The notes beneath the pieces were generated by a model. It was not told where the DNA came from. It worked only from the letters and a program-made list of their open reading frames with translations, and did not search any database. This document shows, piece after piece, positions 17,903 through 27,142 of a stretch of DNA of 64,000 nucleotides. The stretch spans positions 93,948 to 157,947 of the forward strand of contig CAWBNQ010000010.1 of NCBI GenBank assembly GCA_963790205.1, read 5' to 3'. The position numbers were made by a program, and so were the translations under genes. The stretch comes from Nitrospirota bacterium. GTDB lineage: Bacteria > Nitrospirota > UBA9217. The first letter of the stretch is position 1. Every line of letters begins with the position of its first letter.

Positions 17903-19126
17903 ATGGGAAAAGCCTTGTTTTTTTCAGCTCTGAAGGGAGGTCGCCCGGCATCAACGACGCTGCCTCTCCTCGCTCTTCTCTTGTTTTCAGCAGCCTGCGC
18001 GCCCCGGCGTGCGCCGTCGGTAACTGAAACAGCCCTGCACTACAGCCCTGTCAGGATAGCATACGACGTTCCCGCGAGACCAGGCAGCCTGGCGTGGTCG
18101 CCTGATGGAAAACGCCTGGCATTCATCGGCAAGACGCTGACCGTCTACGATACGGGATCCGGCGAAAAAAAGTCCTTTTCAATCGATAACCCTTACTATA
18201 CGGCATGGGCGCCCGACAATACCCTCTACGTCCTGTCCCGCGACAGGGCGGGCAACGGCATTTTGTGTTCGCTTGAGGGGAAGGATTTTGCGATCAGGCC
18301 CATTTCCCTCGCTTATGATGCCGACGCGATCTACCCGACCGCTGACGGGAAAAGCCTGATCATCCTGTCCACAACGATGAAAAGTCTTTCCTTTGGAACG
18401 ACGATCAGCAGCGCCGTTGTTCTTCGGAACGTGGCAACGGACAGGTCGAAAACCGTTTACCGCTCCACGAGAACCTATATGATGAAAAATCCGGACGCCG
18501 CTCTCTGGACGGCGTGGATGCATGCGGGCCCGAGCCCGCTCGATGATGCAATGCTGGTCATGGAGCACGTCAAGCCGCCGGAAGTCGCATTCTACACAAA
18601 AGTGAACAGTATCGATCTTGCGACAGGAGAGCTTTCGGAAATGTCCGATCCGAACACGAAGAGGACCTATCTCTCAGCGAGCTGGTCTCCTGACGGAAAA
18701 CGGGCCGTGATGACCGACGGCAACGGCCGTATCGAGGTCCGGGACCGGCTGGGCAAAGGTATTGTTATCGACTGGTCGCTCACCGGCATTTACCCGTCAT
18801 GGGACCCCAGGGGAAGCAGGATCTATTCCGGCGGTTGCCTCATCGATTCCGACGGAAAGAACAGGGAAACCTTGATTGCCAACGCCGCCGGAAGCATCGC
18901 ACAATGGTCCCCGGACGGCGCCACGCTGGCGGTCGCGACGGGCGAGGAACTCCTGCTGTTTCGGGATATTCCCGCGTCTTACGTCTTGCCCGACCGGCCG
19001 CTCGACAAGGCCTTGTCCGAAAAGCTGTTTTTGCTGAAAGATCTTTTGGCAGAGGGCGTCATCTCTCCCCGGGAGTATACTGAAAGACGCAACAACCTTA
19101 TCGGGAAGCCGGAGGAAGGGAAATGA
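17903..19126 (+). CDS. TolB/WD40-like beta-propeller lipoprotein with C-terminal SHOCT-like domain
   Basis: Lipobox FSAAC; repeated WSPDG motifs; LKDLLAEGVISPREYTERRNNLI. Confidence 0.8.
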   Translation: MGKALFFSALKGGRPASTTLPLLALLLFSAACAPRRAPSVTETALHYSPVRIAYDVPARPGSLAWSPDGKRLAFIGKTLTVYDTGSGEKKSFSIDNPYYTAWAPDNTLYVLSRDRAGNGILCSLEGKDFAIRPISLAYDADAIYPTADGKSLIILSTTMKSLSFGTTISSAVVLRNVATDRSKTVYRSTRTYMMKNPDAALWTAWMHAGPSPLDDAMLVMEHVKPPEVAFYTKVNSIDLATGELSEMSDPNTKRTYLSASWSPDGKRAVMTDGNGRIEVRDRLGKGIVIDWSLTGIYPSWDPRGSRIYSGGCLIDSDGKNRETLIANAAGSIAQWSPDGATLAVATGEELLLFRDIPASYVLPDRPLDKALSEKLFLLKDLLAEGVISPREYTERRNNLIGKPEEGK

Positions 19127-20436
19127 GACGACTCTGCATGCCAGCGGTTCTGCTTTTCATCATGACCGCGCTTGCGGCCGCCGCTCTTGCCGGCGACGCC
19201 TGTCTTGAATGCCACGAGAAAAAGACGCCCGGCATCGTTCGTTACTGGCGGAAGAGCGCGCATTTTCAAAAGAAGGTGGGTTGCATTGACTGTCATGGCG
19301 ACAATACCGGGGCCAACCATAAAAGGATCGTGGTCGTTGACGCTGCAAAGTGCGGCGGATGCCACAAGGCGGAACTTGCAGACCACAGGGACAGCAAACA
19401 CAGTGCCGGTCTCAAGGCCGGAAGCGGGTGCACGAGAAACCAGAAAAAAACAGACGAGCAGCAAAAGAGCTGCGCCCTCTGCCATAAGCCGGACTCTGCC
19501 GAACCGCTCGCAAAAATCGATTGCGCCATGTTCCTCGCCCAGAGCCCGGAGATGCGGCGCCAGGGATGCACCGCCTGCCACCTGGTCGAGACCCGGTGCG
19601 ACACCTGTCATACGAAGCACGGCACCGACCTCGCGTTCGCGCGCGACCCCGGCACCTGCGGTACCTGCCACATGGGCCCGGACCATCCGCAGGAAGAGAT
19701 GTGGGAGACCTCCCGCCACGGCGTTCTGTACAAGCAGGCGGGAAAAGAGCTCTCGCCTTCCTGCGTCACGTGCCACATGCGGGCCGGCTCGCATAACGTC
19801 AGCAGGGGCATCAGTTCAGGCTTGCCAAAGGAAGCCCCGGGAAGGAGGAAGGAGGAGCGCGACTTCATGCTCACCATCTGTTCGGAATGCCATACCCGGG
19901 ATTTCTCCGCGAGAAACCTGGCTGACGCGGACCGGGTCGAAGAGCAGAGCGCCCTGATGGTGGAAGAGGCAAGGCAGATCATCGAGGGGCTCCAGAAGGA
20001 CGGGCTCCTTTCGCCCTCTCCCCGGGAACGGCCGGCCCATCCCCTCTTCGGCAGGACGCTCGTCCTCGACTCGCAGATGCTGTATGAGAATCTTTCATCT
20101 GTCGAAGCGCTGTTCTTCAAAATGAAAAAGTTCTACGCGCCTACCTCGTACAAAGGCGCCTTTCACCAAAACCCGGACTACGCCCATTGGTATGGGAACG
20201 CCCCTCTGAAGCTCACCCTCTCGGAGATAAAGAGCGAAGCGGCGCTGCTGCGCAGGGTGGACGCTCTCGGAAAGCGGCTCGACAACCTCGGGGCCGGGGC
20301 CGGGGAGGGAAGCGCGGGGTTCGAGGAGGTAAAAAGGAAGCTCCGGGAGCTGAACGAGCAACGGCTCAAGGCAGAGATATCCGAGCAGGAATATCAGAAG
20401 AGAAAGAACATCATCCTCGATGAAAAGGGACTGTAG
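19123..20436 (+). CDS. HAO-family multiheme cytochrome c (9 CxxCH) with C-terminal SHOCT-like domain
   Basis: Sec signal; 9 CxxCH; CHMGPDHPQ and FHQNPDYAHW HAO-family signatures. Confidence 0.88.
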   Translation: MRRLCMPAVLLFIMTALAAAALAGDACLECHEKKTPGIVRYWRKSAHFQKKVGCIDCHGDNTGANHKRIVVVDAAKCGGCHKAELADHRDSKHSAGLKAGSGCTRNQKKTDEQQKSCALCHKPDSAEPLAKIDCAMFLAQSPEMRRQGCTACHLVETRCDTCHTKHGTDLAFARDPGTCGTCHMGPDHPQEEMWETSRHGVLYKQAGKELSPSCVTCHMRAGSHNVSRGISSGLPKEAPGRRKEERDFMLTICSECHTRDFSARNLADADRVEEQSALMVEEARQIIEGLQKDGLLSPSPRERPAHPLFGRTLVLDSQMLYENLSSVEALFFKMKKFYAPTSYKGAFHQNPDYAHWYGNAPLKLTLSEIKSEAALLRRVDALGKRLDNLGAGAGEGSAGFEEVKRKLRELNEQRLKAEISEQEYQKRKNIILDEKGL

Positions 20437-20489
20437 CGTTCTTTAGCAGCCTGCGCTCCGCATTCCGAATTCCATCTTTCCTCATATCT

Positions 20490-21641
20490 TCATATCTTCT
20501 CAATCATCTTTCTGAAGTATCGGCAGTTCTCGACAAGGTCAGGGCCGTGCTTGAAGAGCCCGCCGCCGATGAGGAATATCAGGTCCTGGCCGTAGGTTTC
20601 GAGCATCTCCGGCACCCGATCGAGGCTCATGCCTCCGCCCGGCGCGGGGAAGATCGGTTTTAACTGTCCCAGGGGAATACTCGTTTCTTCGGCGATGTCC
20701 ATGCACTCCTCGCGGCTAAAGGAAAAGCGTCCGCCGAAGTTCGGGAAAATGGTCGCGTCCGCGCCGCCGATACGGGCCAGCTGTCCGAAGATGACCCCGT
20801 GGGAAATACCGCTCCTGCCCGTCACGAAACTCCCCTGAAGAGCGGGGTGCGTCAGGATCGGGAGCGCAACGCTGTCATCGTCTGCCAGTTCGCGCATGAG
20901 GTCGAACCCGACGATCCCCGGCGCGACCATGAGGCCGCCGGTGCCGGCCTCTTTCGCGAACCTGGCCCGCTCCATCACGTCCTTGTGAGGGGCCGTAATG
21001 TTGGCGACATAGATGCTCCGGCCGCCTGTTTCCCTGTTCGCCCGGTCCACCGCCTCGGCGCAGCGCTTGACCCGCTCCTCAAAAGGAGAGCAGCACTGGT
21101 CCGTGAGCCCATGGTCGTCCTTGACCATGTCCATGCCGCCCAGGGCGAACTGGTACGCAAGGTCCGCAAGCTCCCGGCAGGACAGCCCCATAGGCTTTAT
21201 TGCCGTGCACAAAAGCGGCCGCTTCGGGATCCTGAGCAGTTTTCTGATCCCTTCTCTGCCGAAGCGCGGGCCTTTAAAATGTCGGAGCAGCGACTCCGGA
21301 AGGTCGAGATGTTCCACGCGGATGCCGGGTTTGATGCTGCTGTTGCCGAACACGACATTCAGGAACTGGGGCAGCTCGCCCGCCGCAATCTCTATTGCGT
21401 AGCTGATGATCGCCTTGAAACTTTCCCGATCAAACCGCTCAAACAGTTCGATCCGTCCGAACACCTGGTCCCTGATGATGCCCTCCGGCACCTCGTCAGC
21501 AGGAAACTCCACGGTCTGCTCGATGCAGATGTCCCCGGCCTTGGCCCGGGCCTCCTGTTCGCCGCCGTAGATGCGGTACGTGACGGAGAAGCGGTCCCCG
21601 GAAAAGAGGGAGGCTGGTGTGCAGGTTTGCCGTATGATCAT
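20490..21641 (-). CDS. RuBisCO-like protein (form IV, KDDH type)
   Basis: EQTVE, GPRFG, TAIKPMGLS, GGMDMVKDDHGL, PAPGGG, LIGGG; start uncertain. Confidence 0.92.
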   Translation of the reverse strand: MIIRQTCTPASLFSGDRFSVTYRIYGGEQEARAKAGDICIEQTVEFPADEVPEGIIRDQVFGRIELFERFDRESFKAIISYAIEIAAGELPQFLNVVFGNSSIKPGIRVEHLDLPESLLRHFKGPRFGREGIRKLLRIPKRPLLCTAIKPMGLSCRELADLAYQFALGGMDMVKDDHGLTDQCCSPFEERVKRCAEAVDRANRETGGRSIYVANITAPHKDVMERARFAKEAGTGGLMVAPGIVGFDLMRELADDDSVALPILTHPALQGSFVTGRSGISHGVIFGQLARIGGADATIFPNFGGRFSFSREECMDIAEETSIPLGQLKPIFPAPGGGMSLDRVPEMLETYGQDLIFLIGGGLFKHGPDLVENCRYFRKMIEKI

Positions 21642-21735
21642 AAATAAAAAGATGCTTCTAATCCGGTAACAGCCGGTATTTCCGGCGACAGTACAATAAT
21701 TGCGGGCGAAAAGCAAGGCTGAACAGAATGCGGCG

Positions 21736-22251
21736 TTAATAGATCAACGCGCCCGCCACACCTGCGCCGAGTATTATAAGCGTCGGTTCTCCTTTCATGA
21801 ACACAAGCAGAGCAAAACTGCCGGCGGCTATGAGGCCTGTGGAGGCATCAACGATGGACGCCCTGCCCAGGGTTATCGCAACAGCGGCGAGAAGTCCGAT
21901 CACGGCAGGCCGGATGCCTTGGAAGCCCGCCTTCACGATCCATGAGTTTTTAAACTTCAAATAGTAGTGACTGGCAAGCGTTACGAGGATGATCGAGGGC
22001 AGGTACGAGAAGACAGCCGCGCCGAGCGCGCCCCACAGCCCGAATATCCGGTAACCGATGAACACGTTCATGATCGTAAGCGGTCCGGGAGTGACCTGCC
22101 CTATGGCGATGCTGTCGATAAACTCCTTGTTGCCGAGCCAGTGATAATGGTCAACGACCTCCCGCTGAAGGAGCGGCAGCATCACATAGCCGCCGCCGAT
22201 GGTAAACAGGTTGATGTAAAAGATCGTCCAGAAAAACCTAAGAATTTCCAT
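21736..22251 (-). CDS. Short-chain chromate transporter (CHR family)
   Basis: FTIGGGY, GQVTPGP, GIRPAVIGL. Confidence 0.9.
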   Translation of the reverse strand: MEILRFFWTIFYINLFTIGGGYVMLPLLQREVVDHYHWLGNKEFIDSIAIGQVTPGPLTIMNVFIGYRIFGLWGALGAAVFSYLPSIILVTLASHYYLKFKNSWIVKAGFQGIRPAVIGLLAAVAITLGRASIVDASTGLIAAGSFALLVFMKGEPTLIILGAGVAGALIY

Positions 22252-22798
22252 TTTTTTGATCTCCTCTGAACATGAGCAGTCCTGCAACGCCTGCGGCGAC
22301 GATCAGCCCGATCGGGTTGAGCCTGAACACGGCGAGACACAGGAAGGCGACGATGGCGATCACTATGCTTCTATATTCCTTCAGAAGTTTCCTGGCCATG
22401 TTATAAACAACCGATGCTATGAGACCGACAACGGCCGCACCGACCCCTTTCAGCACGGCTTTGAGCAATGCGATCTCCTGGTACTTGATATACAGAAAGG
22501 AAATGATCAGCACGAGGACAAAGGATGGCAGGACCTGGCCGAGAACGGTGGCAAGCGCTCCCCTCAACTTGTTCAGCGTGTAGCCGATGAATATGCCCGT
22601 ATTGACGATGGGCGCGCCGGGCGTCAGTTGGCCCATGACCACGCTCTCGGCGAATTCTTCATGGCTGAGCCACTTCCTTTTCTCCACGAGTTCCCGTTCA
22701 AAAAAGGCAAGCATCGAATAGACGCCGCCGAACGCGAAGGTGCCGATTTTGAGAAAAACCTTTAATATGTTTTTTACGGACGCGTCTCTGACCTTCAT
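22238..22798 (-). CDS. Short-chain chromate transporter (CHR family)
   Basis: FLKIGTFAFGG, GQLTPGA, LPSF. Confidence 0.9.
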   Translation of the reverse strand: MKVRDASVKNILKVFLKIGTFAFGGVYSMLAFFERELVEKRKWLSHEEFAESVVMGQLTPGAPIVNTGIFIGYTLNKLRGALATVLGQVLPSFVLVLIISFLYIKYQEIALLKAVLKGVGAAVVGLIASVVYNMARKLLKEYRSIVIAIVAFLCLAVFRLNPIGLIVAAGVAGLLMFRGDQKNGNS

Positions 22799-22820
22799 AA
22801 CCGCTTCTCCGATCAGGAAT

Positions 22821-23267
22821 TTATCGATCTTTTACCTTGCCTCGTTCGCCATGGACGCCGAGACCGCCTTTTTCAAACTCCTTCCGGATCACCCGGTAGA
22901 ACTCCTTCTTTTGCTCCGGGCTGAGTAGTTCTTTTTCCTGGAGAATGTGGTCGATCACTTCCCGCTCAAGCTTTGTCTGAAGGCCCGAGATCTCATTGCT
23001 TTTTTCCGCGATCGTCTTCATATCCAAGGACTCGGCAAAAAGGAGGTCGTTCAACTGGAGCCTCTTTTGACGAAGCGACTGCCGGATTTCTTCTACTTTC
23101 GGCAGGAAATCCCCGCGTATATCCTCGACCTGTCGCTTCTGCTCATTGGTCAGGGCGATTAGGTCAAGATAGCCTCTGATGGGCTTTTGGCGCATTCTTG
23201 CGATCAGCCTGACGGCGAGCTGAATAATGATGATTGCGGAAAGCAGAATCAGGAAAATATCTTTCAA
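22821..23267 (-). CDS. Spy/CpxP-like periplasmic heavy-metal sensor protein
   Basis: N-terminal TM; LTNEQK and LSPEQK motifs; helical. Confidence 0.8.
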   Translation of the reverse strand: MKDIFLILLSAIIIIQLAVRLIARMRQKPIRGYLDLIALTNEQKRQVEDIRGDFLPKVEEIRQSLRQKRLQLNDLLFAESLDMKTIAEKSNEISGLQTKLEREVIDHILQEKELLSPEQKKEFYRVIRKEFEKGGLGVHGERGKVKDR

Positions 23268-23692
23268 TTGCCGCCTCCTTGTATGGCAGTAAGGTAAACA
23301 GCCGCGAATGATCCTGGAGGAGAGTCGTCAAACGTGCGCAGATAGCCGCGCGAAGAAAGGTTCTTCCCGCCGGCAGCTCCGTATCCATCAGGGGCAAAGA
23401 CAAAGAGCACCGCACTGCGCACAAAGGAAATAGCGGGATTGAGGAAGAGTTTGTTCCAGAAGGAGTGTCGCGGGATGACAGCGGCCTTATTGACGGTACT
23501 CTGTACAAAGGCCGGTGAAGGCGTCTCTTCGGGGATGGCCCCAAATAATATGCCGAGCTGATGAACAATTTCAGCCTCCCGTGCGCAGGAGGTACAGGTC
23601 TTTAGATGCTCCTCCATAAGTAAACGCTCTTCCGAGGAAAGTTCGTTGTCTATAAATGCCGATAACTTATCTTTACAGTAGTCGCAGTTCAT
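23264..23692 (-). CDS. Zinc-binding (zf-HC2) anti-sigma factor
   Basis: MNC..LSAFIDNEL..EEHLKTCTSC (HxxxCxxC). Confidence 0.88.
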   Translation of the reverse strand: MNCDYCKDKLSAFIDNELSSEERLLMEEHLKTCTSCAREAEIVHQLGILFGAIPEETPSPAFVQSTVNKAAVIPRHSFWNKLFLNPAISFVRSAVLFVFAPDGYGAAGGKNLSSRGYLRTFDDSPPGSFAAVYLTAIQGGGN

Positions 23693-23747
23693 TCTATATG
23701 TTTAAACACGGAGCTCAGGGAAAACCTTCGGCAGTTCGAAAATATTT

Positions 23748-23820
23748 TTAGAGAAAGGGGGAAGGTGATTTTTTCAGGCTTTGGCGAGCCCGCTGGAGCA
23801 GGGATTCGACGGCGGGCACG
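23748..23820 (-). pseudogene. ECF sigma factor 3'-end remnant (copy E)
   Basis: Encodes VPAVESLLQRARQSLKKSPSPFL*; homologous to the end of 29853..30413. Confidence 0.85.
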
Positions 23821-23850
23821 AAGCGGAACAAGGGGATGGAGTTGAGCTGT

Positions 23851-24159
23851 TCAAAGCACATCCCAAGGCTTGGGCTCCAACCGCCCCATGTCGCGTCCAC
23901 CGTGGATAACCGTAAGAACCAGGATGCGGTCCGGCTCAACGCGGTATATGATCCGATAATTCTGGAAGAGCAATTCACGGATGACGTCGTCTTCAGCTTC
24001 GGGAACGGCCCTTCCGATGCGGGGATGGTCAGGCAGGGTTTCGGCAGCCTCGATGATCCGGGCGACAAATTGGGCCGCGTAATAAGCGGAATCCTTCGCG
24101 ATATAGTCCCTGATGCTTTCAAGATCGAGAACCGCAGGCTCGGTCCATTCGAGCTTCAT
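23851..24159 (-). CDS. RelE/ParE-family toxin
   Basis: WTEPAVLDLESIRDYIA..PRIGRAVPE..IRELLFQNYRIIY..VIHG. Confidence 0.92.
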   Translation of the reverse strand: MKLEWTEPAVLDLESIRDYIAKDSAYYAAQFVARIIEAAETLPDHPRIGRAVPEAEDDVIRELLFQNYRIIYRVEPDRILVLTVIHGGRDMGRLEPKPWDVL

Positions 24160-24344
24160 TTGGTGAGCAGCCTCTTTTTTGCCTCCTCATGGGAAACAAC
24201 GCGGCCCTCGTCAGCGGCCGTGAGACCAGCGGCGATCTTTTTCTTCACGTACAACTCGTACATGATGTCGTCCCAGGTGGCCGTGTCAGGCAGCTTCTCG
24301 ATCAGCTTTTTTGCTTCTTCTTTAATAAGGTTCATGGTTTTCAT
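24156..24344 (-). CDS. Cognate antitoxin
   Basis: LPDTATWDDIMYELYV..GRVVSHEEAKKRL; overlaps the toxin start (ATGA). Confidence 0.85.
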   Translation of the reverse strand: MKTMNLIKEEAKKLIEKLPDTATWDDIMYELYVKKKIAAGLTAADEGRVVSHEEAKKRLLTK

Positions 24345-24388
24345 CTCCCGGCCTCTGCCCAATTGCATCTTGGTCTGAGTGCATTATA

Positions 24389-24484
24389 TCATTTCGCCGA
24401 AGTCTCAACAATCCTTATCTCATTTTCCGTCAAGCCGTACAACGCATACCCCAACTGGTTAAGCTGCCGGACAACCGCGTCGGT
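24389..24484 (-). pseudogene. C-terminal remnant of a type IIG (Eco57I-like) restriction-modification gene
   Basis: Encodes TDAVVRQLNQLGYALYGLTENEIRIVETSAK*, resembling the family tail IDQLVYELYGLTEEEIKIVE. Confidence 0.65.
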
Positions 24485-24574
24485 CCGGCGCTAAAAAACG
24501 TTCTTTTCGTGGTCGATCTCGGCTGATGATAAATCCCCCCGACGCAATTTCAACAACAACGTCTCGGAATCGTC

Positions 24575-24682
24575 TCAGGAGATGCACATCTGAAGATGCC
24601 CCTCCATCAGCAAACGCTCCTCCGGGGAAAGTTCGTTGTCGATAAATGCCGATAACTTATCTTTACAGTAGTCGCAGTTCAT
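24575..24682 (-). pseudogene. Truncated second copy of the zf-HC2 anti-sigma 5' end
   Basis: MNCDYCKDKLSAFIDNELSPEERLLMEGHLQMCIS*; 24576..24776 repeats 23586..23786. Confidence 0.88.
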
Positions 24683-24737
24683 TCTATATGTTTAAACACG
24701 GATCTCAGGGAAAACCTTCGGTAGGGCGAAAATATTT

Positions 24738-24776
24738 TTAAAGGGAGGAGAAAGCGACTTTTTCAGGTTTTGGCGC
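24738..24776 (-). pseudogene. ECF sigma 3'-end remnant (copy D)
   Basis: Encodes RQNLKKSLSP, upstream of the duplicated anti-sigma start. Confidence 0.7.
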
Positions 24777-24811
24777 ATTGCGGGGCAGAATCCCAAGCAC
24801 CTGGACATTGT

Positions 24812-24868
24812 AGATAGGGGGTCAGCTGTTTTTTCAGGCTTTGGCGAGCCCGCTGGATCAGGGATTCG
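24812..24868 (-). pseudogene. ECF sigma 3'-end remnant (copy C)
   Basis: Encodes ESLIQRARQSLKKQLTPYL. Confidence 0.85.
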
Positions 24869-25131
24869 TTTGCGGGAACAAAGTGGAACAGCGTGGAGCG
24901 GAGTGCGCGGAACCGAGCGGGGCGGCGGAGCGCTATTCAAGAGCCCACATGAAATAACAAAAAATGAGACGCGCACCCGCATTCTACTCCCTTGCGATAA
25001 TCCAGGTTTCGGTGGAGGTAGGTCGTCTTTGGCCTGCCCCCCCCCCCCGAATATTGTACGAGATGGAGAGTTGGACTTTTAGGTTAATTTTATGCTTTTC
25101 TGATGGTCATCTTTTTATATAGTATTTACCT

Positions 25132-26199
25132 TCAGAATGAATAACGCACGCCTATAGAAGCCGTGTAACGCGGTGCGAGTTGAATCCCATTGACATCCTG
25201 ATAAACGGGCACTTGAACGAAGCCGTATGCCGAGACCTGCCGGCTGACCGACGCACTGATGCCGGGGCTGATATACAGCAATGTTCCACCGGTATTGCTT
25301 TGATCAGCGTTTGCTCCCTCATCATGCACAACGTTCCTAAGGTTAAGCTGAAGCAGGGGGGCAAAACCGGAAAAGCCCGCATAGCGCAAACCCACGTTCA
25401 CGTTGAGACCTTCGCCTGGCTTGTACTGATTTCTTGAGTCCAGCGCTTTCTGATAGATCGCCTGGGTGAAGTAATCCCAGTTTTGATTCAAGGCATCGGA
25501 ATAATAAGCGCCCAGTATCGCATCGGTTGTACCGGTGCCCGGTTGCAAACCACGGTCAATCGACACCGGACCGGGCGCGGTCGGGTCGGTCGATACTCCC
25601 TTTTCCATGAAACTGCCGGTCGGGAGCTTCACCCCGTAAAGAATGCCGAAGTTGCACTGGTGCGTAAATCCCTGATACCGGCCTATTACCTTTACGTCGC
25701 CGACGCTGGAAGTATGCGAATTGTACTGCCCCCCGCCGTCCCCCGGGGTGATCCCATCCGATGCGGTCCCGAGTGTGCTATGGTTTCGATTGATCCACGG
25801 TACTTGAACATTAACACCCCATTCGCGGCTGTTGCTGTAGTCGATGCCCATGGTCAGATAATTGTTCACCGTGTATTTCTCGACTTCCGCGGGATTCCCG
25901 TTTTCCACTACTTTGCCGGCGTCCGTTGGAGAAATCGTTCCATGTCCGCTCCGCAGCTGGTTCTGGTCCAGATAGTCGTAGCGAAGATCAAGCTTGATGC
26001 CCGGCGTGTAAGAAACGGGAGACTGCATATTTTCCCAATCGGAACTCAAGGAACAACCGCAGCTGGCGCAAGCCATGGCATCCATTGAGTTCATGAGAAC
26101 GATGACTACAGTCAGGCCAAGCGCGGCTGCGGTTTTAAGCGTTTGACGGATGAATTTCTTCTGTACGACCGGATGCGCGAAAACTTTTTTTGTTCGCAT
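25132..26199 (-). CDS. Outer-membrane beta-barrel protein (MetA-pathway/transporter-like) with N-terminal Cys motif
   Basis: Signal peptide then CASCGC; GVKLPTG, LQPGTGTTD; C-terminal ASIGVRYSF beta-signal. Confidence 0.75.
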   Translation of the reverse strand: MRTKKVFAHPVVQKKFIRQTLKTAAALGLTVVIVLMNSMDAMACASCGCSLSSDWENMQSPVSYTPGIKLDLRYDYLDQNQLRSGHGTISPTDAGKVVENGNPAEVEKYTVNNYLTMGIDYSNSREWGVNVQVPWINRNHSTLGTASDGITPGDGGGQYNSHTSSVGDVKVIGRYQGFTHQCNFGILYGVKLPTGSFMEKGVSTDPTAPGPVSIDRGLQPGTGTTDAILGAYYSDALNQNWDYFTQAIYQKALDSRNQYKPGEGLNVNVGLRYAGFSGFAPLLQLNLRNVVHDEGANADQSNTGGTLLYISPGISASVSRQVSAYGFVQVPVYQDVNGIQLAPRYTASIGVRYSF

Positions 26200-26222
26200 G
26201 GTGAGACCTCCTCGTCAAGTAA

Positions 26223-26714
26223 TTATTGCTGTTTCAGCAACTCAACAATTTCTTGTTCGTACATCTGCAGAAATTCCCTGCCGAACCCCATATGCACATA
26301 TCGGATAACTCCGTCTTTACCGATGATGAATGCCGTGGGCAAAGTTCTAAAGTTATATTCTCTTCTGATGACGCTCTTTTTGTCGATAAGGACCGTAAAC
26401 GCAACCGGGACCTTTTGGAGAAATTCAGCAACGAGTTTTTCGGAGGGATCGATAGATATTCCGATTACTTCAAGTCCGTCACTGCTATATTTCCTGTAAA
26501 GTGCGTCCAGTGAGGGGAATTCTTCTTGGCAGGGATCGCACCAGGGCGCCCAGAAGTCAAGGAACACGACCTTGCCCCTGAACTGCTTCAAGGTGACTGC
26601 TTTGCCGTTCACCTCTGCGAGACTGAAGTCCGGCGCCGAGGTTCCGACCTGTCCGGCATTTGCAAGAACGGGCAGGGCGAGCGCCAGCAATAGTGATAGT
26701 ATGATGATTTTCAC
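26223..26714 (-). CDS. TlpA/ResA-family thiol:disulfide oxidoreductase
   Basis: APDFSL..GKVVFLDFWAPWCDPCQEE..LPTAFIIG. Confidence 0.9.
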   Translation of the reverse strand: MKIIILSLLLALALPVLANAGQVGTSAPDFSLAEVNGKAVTLKQFRGKVVFLDFWAPWCDPCQEEFPSLDALYRKYSSDGLEVIGISIDPSEKLVAEFLQKVPVAFTVLIDKKSVIRREYNFRTLPTAFIIGKDGVIRYVHMGFGREFLQMYEQEIVELLKQQ

Positions 26715-26905
26715 TGGCTGAGCTCCTGTCTTGTATTCAAGAGGCACCGCTGCTCGCAGGATAATAAACAAGCTTTTGCAAGCTTGCTCATTTTAGTGCT
26801 GATCTTAAACCGCATATATGGTACTCTCCAGAAACTCATTAAATTTCCTTTTACATTTTTAAACGTAACTACAATGATGTTCAGGGCTGTATTAAATCAA
26901 ACCTT

Positions 26906-27079
26906 CTATTCTTTCTGATCTATCGCCGCGTCCTGTCCTTCTTTCAGCGCCTTTTTAAAGGACCTGATGCCTTTTCCGAGCCCTTCCCCGAGTTGGGGAA
27001 GCTTGCCCGGGCCGAAAACAATTAAAACGATCACGAGAATGACAATAAGGTGCAGGGGCTGAAACAAACCTTCGAACAT
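26906..27079 (-). CDS. tatA: Twin-arginine translocase TatA/TatE
   Basis: [26 protein letters not shown]. Confidence 0.92.
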   Translation of the reverse strand: MFEGLFQPLHLIVILVIVLIVFGPGKLPQLGEGLGKGIRSFKKALKEGQDAAIDQKE

Positions 27080-27142
27080 TATTTCCACCACATGATACTG
27101 ATTTTATGGAGCGGAAGGGTTTCCCCTTCCGCTCGCTCCTGT

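Noticed and set aside
20490..21641. CO2-fixing RuBisCO
   Set aside because: KDDH instead of KDDE, short length, and no cbbS or prk nearby indicate form IV.
27109..27134. 11-bp perfect hairpin as a terminator
   Set aside because: No U-tract on the coding strand; at most an mRNA-stabilising stem before tatA.
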